64,000 nucleotides of DNA from Eukaryota sp. GEM-RC1 (taxonomy: Eukaryota), in the NCBI GenBank assembly GCA_040285855.1, contig JAUFOQ010000013.1, forward strand, positions 1,426,001 to 1,490,000, read 5' to 3'. Positions within the stretch are counted from its first letter, which is position 1. Each line of letters begins with the position of its first letter. Positions 47,562-59,114 of this stretch are shown here, in pieces. Both the position numbers and the translations under genes were made by a program. The notes below the pieces were generated by a model. That model made no database searches. It was not told the origin of the DNA and was given only the letters and a program-made list of their open reading frames with translations.

Positions 47562-47925
47562 ATGAAACACGTAGCTGCCTATCTTCTCGCCGTTCTAGGA
47601 GGAAACAAAGACCCCAGTGCTGAAACTCTCACCGAGATCATCGCATCCGTTGGTGGATCCGTCGATTCAGATGCCCTTAACAAGGTCGTTGCTGAATTAA
47701 AGGGAAAGAACATTGATGAAGTCCGTATGTTCACATCTTCACAAACTCATGTTAGTTGAACAAGGTAAACAAAAGTTGGCCACTGTTGCTTCAGCTGCAC
47801 CATCAGCCGCTGCTACCGGTAACGTCGAACAAGCCGCTGCTGTCGAAGAGGAAGTTGTGGAAGAAGAAGAGGTTGAAGAAGACCTCGGTGGCTTCGATCT
47901 TTTCGGTGACGACGATGACTGGTAA
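47562..47925 (+). CDS. RPLP2: 60S acidic ribosomal protein P2, exons 47562-47724 and 47756-47925
   Basis: MKHVAAYLLAVLGGN..IIASVG..ELKGKNIDEV|LEQGKQKLA..EEDLGGFDLF; 110 aa after splicing. Confidence 0.95.
47725..47755 (+). other. 31-nt spliceosomal intron
   Basis: GTATGT...CTCATGTTAG; removal restores the conserved P2 frame. Confidence 0.92.
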
Positions 47926-48479
47926 TCACTCTCCTGTCTATCTCTCGATCTTCAACCATAGGCTTTTTTAGAATGTTCCTTCTGTTTTTTATTCGAAATT
48001 GCCATTAGCATAAACCGTCAATCAATTTACGTCATATACCAATAAAAATGGTCTTCATCCCAGCTACTTGGATAACTCGTATTTTTGGTAATTGTGGTTT
48101 TAGGTCCTTCATGAATGTTCAAATCTTAAAGCAATGTTTTGCATGTTTTAGAGTGTGAAGCAGCTTTAGATTGAGGGGATGGGCCATCCAAGCTGCATGA
48201 AAAACTCTCGTTTGATTGAGCCAAGATCAATTATCAACCTAGATGTTTACCCGTATACAACTTTTGCATTTTATACGGTTAATGTGTCAATTAGTTGTGG
48301 CAATGAATCATGACAATAACAAAACAGCATGTGTATTTACATGTTTGTGATATTCTTCTTAAGTAACTAAGTTCCATATATTCCAAGCCATATAGAGACA
48401 GTTCTCGTGTTGATGGGGCGAATTTTTCTTTCTTACATTTTCTGAATTAGTAAGTATTAATATACTGTTACAAATACTA

Positions 48480-48554
48480 CAGTCAAAACTGTCTATAGCG
48501 TGAAACTCTATATAGCGTAGGTACATATAGTCCCGCGATAAACAGTGTTGACTG
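48480..48554. mobile_element. 75-bp Tc1/pogo-type MITE
   Basis: Imperfect ~21-bp TIR CAGTCAA(A/C)ACTGT(C/T)TAT(A/C)GCG flanked by TA on both sides. Confidence 0.65.
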
Positions 48555-49693
48555 TAGTAGAGTTACAGTTTTGACATTATTCTTTATTAAATTTCTTTAA
48601 GCATTAGTATGACGTAGTACAATCTGTACAAGGATCACTGTGTTTGTACTTTTAGATGTACTTCTAGTACAGTACTGGTAGCCACTATTGTCAAAAACGC
48701 CTTTTATTTACTCATACAAATACAAACAATCATCAATATTCGCAAATGAGATACAATCACCTCTACATCACCTCAAATTCATGTCTCAATGCAAAGAGAC
48801 TGTTCAAAATCGAATCAAAATACCTAAACAACCCTACTACGTACTATTATAGTACTGTAACAGTACACCGGCGACAATCATTGGTCTCAGCTAGACGATT
48901 AATGGTAATCAATTTTTCCAAACACGTTCGGAAATGATGTACAGTTTTAGTACATTGACAGATCTGGGATCAATGAAAGTCGTTTTATTTATGTATATGT
49001 AACAGAAAGAGAATAAACGCTCTACTTTGTATTAATGTTCATTATTGTATCCATTTTATTGTTCACAAATTTGAGGGAAACATGACATTTTCATGAGAAT
49101 CAACTCTCTTTTGATTTGCAGACAATTATCAACAAGAATTGACTGTACTTCAATGGAGTAGATCCTTGGTTAAATATGTGAGGAAAGTGAGAATCCAGAT
49201 AATATGGAGGTCTCAACTAGACATCATACTAGTAAGTGTAGTTTCATAACATTCATTTTTGAAAATTGTATGTACAATGTAGTTCAAATTCTCAAGTAAT
49301 AGCATAAATATTCTGTGTTGTAATATATTGATCGGATCTACATTGTACGTCCACTGATACGACAATTCTCCCTATTTCTCATCATCACTCACTGGTGTTT
49401 CAGGACGAAGAAATTATAGAAGGAATATGATTTATTTAGAATTAGAACCAATCATTATATTGGTCTTAATATTTATGTTGGCATGAATATTTTTGTGAGA
49501 CTAAATGTCCTCTACCACTTATAGTCTCACTTCGTATTTAGTCTCACTGAGACTAATCATTGTCGTCGATGAAATTTAAGTCTGTCATTTTCTCATTTTT
49601 GGGAATCTCCTCAATCCTCCATTACTCTCAACTTCTGACTCTCTACTAAACAGAGTCTACTTACCTTTGCTAACATTGTTTGTACACACTTCT

Positions 49694-50610
49694 ATGTATG
49701 AAATTCAACACATGATTGGTAAAGGACAGTTCGGGGTAGTCCATCAGGCTGTCTCCGTTCCAGGAAACCAACCTGTAGCAATTAAACAAATTCCCTTATC
49801 CACCAGTGATGGCTGTATTCCTCATGTAGCTATCCGAGAACTCAAAATTCTACAAACCTTAAGTCATCCCAACATTCTCCCAGTGTTAGATGTCTACATA
49901 CAAGGATCAACCCTCTCAGTTGTTACTGAACTTTGTTTTTCTGATCTAAATCATGCAATAAAATGCTACAGTGGCCCTATTCCAACATTTGTTCAAAAGT
50001 CTATAATGGAACAAATCCTCACAGGATTGGACTATCTCCATTCCAATGGTATAATGCACCGTGACATCAAGCCTTCAAACATCCTTCTAGCATTTGATGG
50101 AACCGTGAAACTTGCAGACTTTGGTCTGGCCAGGATCTCCCCACTGATACCACCACGCAACCTCTCTCTGCCCATCCTGCAACTCGCTGGTATAGGTCAC
50201 CGGAAGTTCTCTTTGGTTCTAGGTCTTACACCACTTCCATTGACATTTGGGCTTGTGGATGTATACTGGCGGAACTCATGGTCAAAGTTCCTATCTTTCC
50301 TGGCCTTAATGACATTGATCAGCTTCAACGCATCATTGCTACTTTAGGATCACCAAGCGAGTCATCTTGGCCTGGGGTGAAGATGATGTTTGACTTTTCA
50401 AAGATATCTTTTCCACATTCTGCCGGCAAAAGTTTTCAATGTCTGTTTCCTGATGCTGATGAAGATACGCTGGATTTGCTTTCTAGAATGTTGTGTTTTC
50501 CTTTAAAGAGAGTTTCAGCTAAGGAAGCGTTGACTTGTCACTGGTTTAATGTTGAGCCTTTGCCCGGTCCTTCTCAGTTGCTAATGGTGGAGTTGTTTCA
50601 GGAAGTTTAA
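49694..50610 (+). CDS. CDK20/CCRK-like cyclin-dependent kinase; 1-nt frameshift in C-run 50139-50142
   Basis: GKGQFG, IPHVAIRELK, HRDIKPSN, DFGLAR, ATRWYRSPE (second frame), FPGLNDIDQL, FSKISF, EPLP. Confidence 0.8.
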
Positions 50611-51303
50611 GGTCAAAACTCCTAAATGGTTTTGTTTCATTTGATTGATTACTCGAATCAATGGGTGTAATTTGCTGTGTTATTAACATCGGTCAATTAT
50701 TTCAATTTTTTGTCTTGTACCAAGTTTTTTTGGTCTGAATTTTTGTTTTACCCACAGTAGTTTTCATTCTCACATGTGTCTCGTATATTCGTATTTTACT
50801 ATACTCTTGATGTGACTCCTGTTAGTGTCAGCTTCCACTTTTATCAAACATATTCCACAATTTTGGTTCCCTTTTTTACGATTCTGTCTTTTGTTTGAGG
50901 ACCATTCATTACTATACAGTCTGATGAATCTCTTTGATGGATTTAAAGGATGTTGATTTGTCCCTAATTGTGAATCACAGCACCCACATCTCAAAATTCA
51001 GATTTCTCTATATTAATATTCTTAAGATAAATAGACTTAGTATCATTTATTATTATTTTCCCAATAGTGTTCATTGAATCAAATGTTTGTACATGTTTCT
51101 TCCAAACTGTGCGAATTCAAATTCAAGGATCTTTTGACACACTAAAACAGTTTCTTAGCTACAACATGAGCATATTTACGTGTCTGAAAAAATCATCATT
51201 ACTTCCTCGGAATAATTGTAAATTGTAATTGTCCTATTAGTAACATTTCCAGTATTATCTAGCATCAGACAATACCAATTAGAATTGATACAAACTTACT
51301 AAA

Positions 51304-52908
51304 AAACGGGGTTTATGATCAGTCAGTGAATAGATGCATTTGCAGAAGTTACTAACTAACAGACACTAACTAAAGTATCTAAACTACGATCCTTCTGTCC
51401 ATCACCGAACAACTTACCTAAAATTGAATTAAAATATCTGTGCATTGAACGAAACAACGCAAACGTTAACCTACTCAACCAAAAATTTTCATTGAAAACT
51501 TTACCATACTCAGAACACAATTTACCAAAGGAAGTTAAAAAACCTTGTGCAGCTGGTCCAATATTACCGTATATTGACATCGCAAAAGGTTGAAACACAA
51601 AAGAATTGTACCTGTCAACATTCAATTGGTTAATTAAGTGACAGTACTTTGTATTTTTTCCTTTTTCAGCCACTTCAAGAACAGAAAAATCATCATCAAA
51701 AATTTTGGAAACTGATCTTGAATTACAAGGATCAACAGTCGTGAAATCCATGGTAATTTCCTGACAAGATAACCAAGAACCAATCAAATCACCACGACTT
51801 CTATCAACTTTTGGCTGATCAGAAAGATTAGCAAGTAAAGGTTCAATTTTTCCAGGAAAACCATTAGCCTTAAACAAATCCAACCATGTATCTCGGATAC
51901 TGTTGTGAATAATTGATCGAAAATGAATAAATGGATGACAGTTAACTAAATGATGAAAATTTGAAGCCTTTGAACGACCACAAAGACATGGAGAATGCTT
52001 CAAAAGACCTGAAGGCCATAAACCTAATCTAAGTCTCATTTTTATAAGCCATCCATGATGCTTAAGATTAAAACAAAATTTTCTTGGCAAACGAGAAACA
52101 AATGAAGACGCAGCGCTTGAAGAAATATCATTCAAAAAAAGCACAAAAAGCGGGACTCTTAGTCTTGGCCAAGCTAATACGGTTTTTAAAGTCCAAGCTT
52201 TCGTGAAACAAAACAAACTTCTTCTGTAACTTGCGAACACACAAAGGCAAAGAGAAAATGCTTGTCTGCTGAATTTCTGTTACCCCAACAGGAAATAAAT
52301 CTGACCACAAATTGGAGTCAAGACTATCAATTAAATTTTGAAGACTAATTAACCATGCACAAGGTGAGTGAAGTAAACAATCTTTCGTTTTCCATAACAC
52401 AGGATAACAATTCTGAAATTCAAACAAAAAATTCTTTAAAGACCCCAAAGAGGCACCATCATGTACTTAGCTTTCGTGAAACCAATACCACCAAAAAAAA
52501 GTAGAAGTGAAACAATGAGAAGGAAGTGAAGAGTCTTTGTTACCAACCAGATAACTAACAAAATTTGTGCGCAATGAATTAAAAATACGAGAGAATTCGA
52601 GAGTTAGTTTAGGCGGTAAACCACGTAAAAAGTGATTAATTTTACCACCAAAACACACTTGCAGCATAGCAAAAGAAACTTGTTTGCCTACATCTAGATC
52701 AACGATTTGGTTAAGCTGCTGAAAGATACAATTATTCTTATGTGATAAAATTTTGTCATCATTACCAATATAATTGCCCAAAAACTTGACACATTCATCT
52801 GAATAATTGACAAACGGAATGGAAGATTCCCCAAAATTCAAATCAACTGAAGAACGTCCAATGACAAGACATTATTGAAAATTAATTGACAAACCAATAC
52901 TTGAAGAC
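51304..52908 (-). mobile_element. 5'-truncated CRE-like non-LTR retrotransposon (RT C-terminus, thumb, Zn finger, RLE)
   Basis: IGLSIN, KFLGNYIG, INHFLRGLPP, GGIGF (frameshifted), CLCG..HHLVNC, IEPLL, RGDLI..DFT, AEKGKNTKY, FQPFAMSIYG. 11-bp direct repeat AACTTACTAAA at 51293-51303 and 52909-52919. Confidence 0.85.
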
Positions 52909-54076
52909 AACTTACTAAACAGTCAACATTGTTGTGAATAGACAAGTCTATTGGACTATAGCCTAGTTGGACATGATGACATTCTATTTTGTTTGAATTT
53001 CAAGGCATGACATTCAATTCATGTCTCAAAAATACTACTTTGTTTACATTTGAATCAATCTTACTAGTATACACAATACTACAACATCCACAAAAATGAA
53101 ATTTGGCTTGTGCAATAGGAAAGGAACATTATTTACTAACAAATTGGTATTTCAATCATTCATATAATTGATTGGAGCGTGAGGATAATGATTTTACTTT
53201 ATTATGAAACAATCAATTTATTTGAATTTCTCCATATGGTGGATGTACAAGATTAAAAATTATTGGTGTTTTGCTGAATTTATATATTTCCTCTATTTAG
53301 TTGGACTAAATAACTCCAAAATTACTTGGTGAGATGCTATGAATAGGCATGACAATTAGTGTTGCACCAATTCCAGCCCCAGCCCCCAGCCCAGCCCAGC
53401 CGCCCAGCCTGGCGGGCTGCAGTACAATTGGACTGGGCTTGAGAGTTTGTGGCTTAAGCCCGGGCGGCTTGACAATTCACTGGGCTCAGCCCTTCAGCCC
53501 ATATACAACTCTAATTTTTTATCAACACCTATCAACAGTAGATATATGTATCAATTTTGTAAGTATCGTTATGCCATTGACCAACAGTCATTACAATAGT
53601 TAAAAGATACTATTGTGTGTAAACTACAAATTACATAATTCAATTTGTTTGTTGTGATGTACCTCAATGTCGATTGCATGAACTCTAATTCATCTTCTTT
53701 CATTGAAATCCCAATCTTGCTTTCTTTGTAATGCCCTCTCACCAAGACATCGTAACAATAACACATGACACACAACTCCTGCTTCTGTTACTTCGCCAAA
53801 GTCGAGAAAGGCTCTCCAATGAGTCTTTGAGAGCTTTATTGAGCTTGAGATACTGGATGAAAGCGGAGTTTGACCAAGTTTTACAAGAAATGAAGTCTCT
53901 AAAAATAGAACTTGATGATGAAGAAGAAAGTGTAGTAGATTAATATAGTTTATACATTTACAGAGACAGAGTTTATTTGCAACCATAAATTAATACAGTG
54001 TACATACTAATTCAGAAAATGAAAGAAGTTGAATTCTCCACATCAACACGAAAATTATCCCTATACAGCTTCGAAT

Positions 54077-54745
54077 TAGGGCTCTCAAATGACCCAGGTC
54101 AGGTCACCTCACCCAGCATTTATGCATTTCACCTGGGGTTCACCTGGAAAATGACCTGGGTGAATTATCACTCACCCAGTGACCTGAGTGACCCAGGTCA
54201 AAATGAATAAACAATTTATTTTAAATAAAACTCAACTTACAAATTCTAACATACAACATGAACAACATTATGAGTGTGACCCAGGGCTGTGGAAAAAATA
54301 TAAACATTTAAATAACGGCAATAAATTATTGCAAAAACAATGTATTTTTTCAGGTAACATACGGCAATTATTGATTTTGCTTTATTCAGAGTGCAATAAT
54401 TTATTTAAATCATTTTTTAACAGCCCTGGTGTGACCAATTTTCTACACCACAACTAATCCAGTTCCCACTTGTTCAAACACAAGTGGGAACTTAAAGTCT
54501 GATCTTTCATTGAAGCCCTTTCCTTCCCTCTTAATGAACCCTGTCATTGAAAAATAACTTTCAGATGCAACAGAAGTTGCAGGAATAGCTAGAACTGTTT
54601 TTGCAAAATAAATTATAAACAATAATCATACACTTTTTGTAATTAAATGGGCCAGGTGAGGTCACCTGGGTGAAAGTCAAAATGACCTAAGGTCACCCAA
54701 CCAGAAACTCACCCAGTATATCAGGTGAGGTGATTCAGAGCCCTA
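54077..54745. mobile_element. Non-autonomous hAT element (middle layer)
   Basis: TIR TAGGGCTCT, TSD CTTCGAAT (54069-54076, 54746-54753), TCACC/GACC subterminal repeats, minus-strand relic AKTVLAIPATSVASESYFS. Confidence 0.92.
54282..54428. mobile_element. 147-bp hAT MITE (inner layer)
   Basis: TIR CAGGGCTGT..AAAAA, TSD GTGTGACC (54274-54281, 54429-54436). Confidence 0.9.
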
Positions 54746-55082
54746 CTTCGAATAAATGGAACTTAAATACTTGTGAAAATACATTTACATGTTTTTATAG
54801 TTGATATTGCAACCAGACATTATGAATAAATTGATTATTCTGATGGCAAATGTAAAGAACTAAATAACCATAAGCTAAAAGGTTAGACACTACTATATCA
54901 ATGTTTACTTGTTTGGGCTGGGGGCTGGGCTGAGCTGGGCTGATGAAATTACGGGCTGGGCTGAGCTGGCTAGTGATTTGATTGGGCGGGCTGAAACAAA
55001 AGGGCTTAGCCCAGGTGCAACACTAATGACAATAAAAGAAGCAACAGTGCTTGAAGAAAGGAAATTCGTTACTACACATGAA

Positions 55083-56397
55083 TTAACAAAAAAACCTGCC
55101 ATTCGAAATGTCGTTAAAACTCTGATTAACATCCGTATATGGAAAGTTTCCACGTAGATTAACATAATCAACTGTATTATTCACTTTCAAGACTTCTACC
55201 AATGTTGATATAGCATCAGGACCGATTGAGTTCTTTGCGAGTTCAATCTCTGTTAGGGTGGAATTTTCTCTTAACATTTCGAATAACGCTATTGCGTCTG
55301 TTGATGCAATACAGTTATAATACAGATCAATAGAAGTGAGAGAGGAATTCCGTTTGAGAGCATTTGCTAATATTATAGCTGCCTCATCATTAATAGCATT
55401 AAGTGATAAACCTAGTCTAGAAATGGTAGAATTAACTTTTAAAACTTCTGCTAAAGAAGTGAGAGAGGAATTCCGTTTGAGAGCATTTGCTAATATTATA
55501 GCTGCCTCATCATTAATAGCATTAAGTGATAAACCTAGTCTAGAAATGGTAGAATTAACTTTTAAAACTTCTGCTAAAGCCTTAGCACCTTGTATAGAAA
55601 TCATTTCGAAATCGAATTGTTCAGAACACGGGATAACTTCAAAATTAATATCAGTAATAGTTGAATTCACCTTTAATCCTTCTGCTAACGCTACAACTCC
55701 TTTGTCACCAACAGAGTTTCTTGCGAGAGAAAGAGTGGTCAGAGTGGAATTAATTTTTAAAACTTCAGATAATTTAGTACAAAGTGATACGTTGTCAAGA
55801 CACAAATCAAGTTCTTTTAATCGTGAAAAATAGAAAGTCGAAGAACAGTTCAAAAAGTCCAAGTCATCATCTTTCTTAGCTCCACAAGTAACTCCAATAA
55901 TACTATTACAATAGGGAGCAAGCTCTATGAGATTAAGAGAGTTCTTCTCCCACACGTAGAAGGATTCAACTTCTGCTTTAAATAGAGAAGCTAAGGAATA
56001 ATGGATGGGTAAATCTTGAGGAGTAATAGGAAAACGGTTTGATTCAAAAAAGAACTTCATTGCTGCAAAGGTAGAGTCAAAGAAACGTTGACTGACATAT
56101 CCAACTTTCTCAAAGAGAGTGGGAAGTTCTTGTTTTAGACGGAGAAGAGATGTGAGTGGATCATAATGATAAATGTCAAGAGAACAATTCAAAAGACGTT
56201 TAAGCAAATGAAGACTGATCAAACTTAATATCGATTGCTGAGGACTCATGCAGACAATATGGCATAAATGACAGTTGATTAGAGGCTAGTTCCGGCGAGG
56301 ACAGATAATCTGAAGAGAAGTCACTTGCAGTATCATCATATGATCCATCGTCATCCGAAGAACGACTAGTCTTCATGGGAGGATCTTTGTGAATCAT
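55083..56397 (-). CDS. RNI-like (NLRC3-type) leucine-rich repeat protein; probable frameshift near 56200
   Basis: Repeats LKVNSTI..L.L..N.I.D.G..ALAE.L. The upstream ORF 56200-56397 probably supplies the N-terminus. Confidence 0.8.
55332..55577. repeat. Exact 123-bp tandem duplication inside the LRR gene
   Basis: 55332-55454 equals 55455-55577; the peptide LAEVLKVNSTISRLGLSLNAINDEAAIILANALKRNSSLTS occurs twice. Confidence 0.9.
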
Positions 56398-56963
56398 AAC
56401 GAATGGAAAAGAAGTGTAAAATCATTGTTGGGAATCACAGACAAAGTTGGGTCTTCAATCACATCAATCACATCAATCATTGATTTGTGTGTTGGTTTGA
56501 ATCATCTGTAAACTCACCAATATCTCTTGTTCAGAAGATGGAAATAGACACTCAACTAAACCAATATTATTAACCAACTCAATTTCAGGAACAATAGTGA
56601 ACATCGCGAATGAACAGCGATTTCGATCGTAATTTATGGCTGAATCGAAGAGTATTGTCTGTGTTAAATACAACTGCCTCTAGTGTCTTCAATACATTCA
56701 ATTTCAATGTCTGAATCGTTATATCAATGATAAATACTAGTAGCATTATTCAATTCTTTTTGAAACTGGAAGGAGAGACAAACTTGCTAATTTTCATTTG
56801 ATTCAGCTAAACAAACCCACCAATGACTGTTGTCAACTGCAAGACACGATAGAACAGTGTGCCTGTCGAAATGGAGACACGATTAACAAATCAACAAGTA
56901 TAAGGTCTGATTCCGACATTCATTTTTCCGCCCAAATTACCCATTACCTCGACTTATCCTTCG

Positions 56964-58891
56964 ATGGCTCTTAAAGACTTTCGAATCATCAAAACTGTTG
57001 GCAAAGGCTCCTTTGGACAAGTCTATCGAGCCAATCGCCTCTCTGATGGGCAAGAAGTAGCCATCAAAGAAGTCGACATCAAGTCAATGTCTTCTCGTGA
57101 ACGTGAATCAAGCTTGAAGGAAGTCAAGATCTTAGCATCAGTCTCTCATCCTCACATCATTGCCTACAGACAAGCTTGGATCGAAGATGACAAACTCTTT
57201 ATTGTTACCGAATACGCTTCTGGTGGCGATCTCCACGGTCTCATCCAAAAACAACTTCAAAAACAACGTCTCCTACATGAAGATATCATTTGGCGTTATG
57301 TTATTGAAGCTGTGTTGGCATTGCGTCACATGCATGAGAAACGAATCATCCATCGCGATCTCAAGCCCCAGAACATTCTTCTTGACAACAGAGGTCATCT
57401 TAAAGTTGCTGATCTTGGACTAGGTATGTGCATCGTTTTGGATTTCTAACTGTAGGAAGAGTAATGTCCGAACAAACACTTCTTGTCCACACCAGGGTTG
57501 GGACTCCTTACTACATCTCTCCTGAACTCATCAGAGGAGATGGATATGATGAAATGTCTGATGTTTATGCTTTAGGAGCAGTGTTTTATGAACTTTGTGC
57601 TTTGAAACCTCCTTTTAGAGTAAGAAATAACAATATCATTGCGCTACAGAACAAGATTGTTAATGATCGCCCAGCCGACCTACATGATTATTACAGTGCG
57701 GAATTGAAATTCTTGGTTTTTAAAATGTTGGAAAAACAGCCTCAGAATAGGCCCTCTTTGAATCACATTTTGAACTACTCTGAAGTGAAGATTAGAATGA
57801 AGGAGTTGGAGTGGAAGAAGAAAGAAAAACAGTGGAAGACTCAAATGGAAGACATGGAACGTAAGTTTAAACAACAAATTGAAGAACTTCAGAAAGGTGG
57901 TGCTGTTAGTGATGAACTAGCAAAAAAAGCTGCTCAGTATACTCCTCTGGTAACCGAAAACAAGAAATTGCGTTCTATAATGGAAGAAGCCAAAAATGAT
58001 AAACTGGAACTAGAACAGCAGTTGCAACAACTTAAACTTCACAGACAGTCAGATGTGAATCCGCAGTTAATCCAAAGGATGCGTGACTTGGAAGAAGAAC
58101 GAGAGATACTCGCTCTTCGCATTCAAGAATTGGAGAACGAAGGTGATAGACCATCTACCCCTCAACAGAGAAACGAGTATTCCTATGAAGACATTTATGA
58201 GCAAAGTCCAAATCCTGGTATGGTAAGTGTACTTGATGGTCAACTAGCAATGTGGAAAACAGGTGCTGGACCTCAATTCGTTAAACAGAAAGTTGAAGAC
58301 GACTCTGATACAACCCTGGAAGCCACTCCACCAACTCCTTTCAAGGAAAAAGGTAGAAACGAGCCAAGATCTCATCTCTTTGGAGACCAGCCATCCACTT
58401 CTTCTGAATCAGATCCTTCGTCTTCAATTTCATACAATGCTGTGTCCGAAGGTCAACTTGAACAGTTCACTTTAGACTTCCTCCGAGTATGTCGTTCTTC
58501 TGATGCAAAGAATCTACCCTCAATGGTTGCTGTTTTCCACTGGAGTAGAAAAAGTGGAGATACCTGGGATCCATGTCGTCGCTGTGTTCTCCTACAACCA
58601 TCTTCTGGTGTTACGTTCTTATATAGAACTGATCCTCGAGACTATGGTAATGTAGAAGCCCTTACTGTTCGCGAGTCTGGAGATCGCAAGTACAAAGCCC
58701 TATCAACTCCGTTGGCCAGCAGACTTACTTCAACCACATCAGAATGCCGGAACTTCTCCTTCTCTGTGCCTTCTCATGTTTTGTCAAGTGGAACTCTGAC
58801 TCATTTCGTTCTTGACTTTGAAGACAATGAAGCTGTGAGGGAAGTGTTTGCATTCAGAGTCTACCCTGAAATTAACGCATTCATTAGATAA
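56964..58891 (+). CDS. NEK kinase with coiled-coil and a globular C-terminal domain, exons 56964-57423 and 57456-58891
   Basis: GKGSFG, HRDLKPQN, DLGL|GR, GTPYYISPE; 631 aa after splicing. Confidence 0.92.
57424..57455 (+). other. 32-nt spliceosomal intron
   Basis: GTATGT...CTAACTGTAG with canonical branch point CTAAC; removal restores the kinase frame. Confidence 0.93.
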
Positions 58892-59114
58892 GCAATATTT
58901 ATTAATTTTTTTTACTTGTAATATATTCGGACAATAAATTAAGTCTAATACACAAAACATTTGTCGATGCTCAAATAAAATAGAAATACACATACAAACA
59001 ACGAGACAACAAACATCAACATTATCAATAAACAATAGAATTCCAAATTATGTTGTTCGAATAAAGAGTGATTCCAATCACACAAAAACTCAGTTACAAC
59101 AACCAATTAATCAA

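Larger units (their letters stand above)
53357..55025. mobile_element. Non-autonomous hAT element (outer layer of a nest)
   Basis: TIR TAGTGTTGCACC, TSD ATGACAAT (53349-53356, 55026-55033), CAGCCC/GGGCTG subterminal repeats, transposase tail RERLSNESLRALLSLRYW. Confidence 0.92.
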
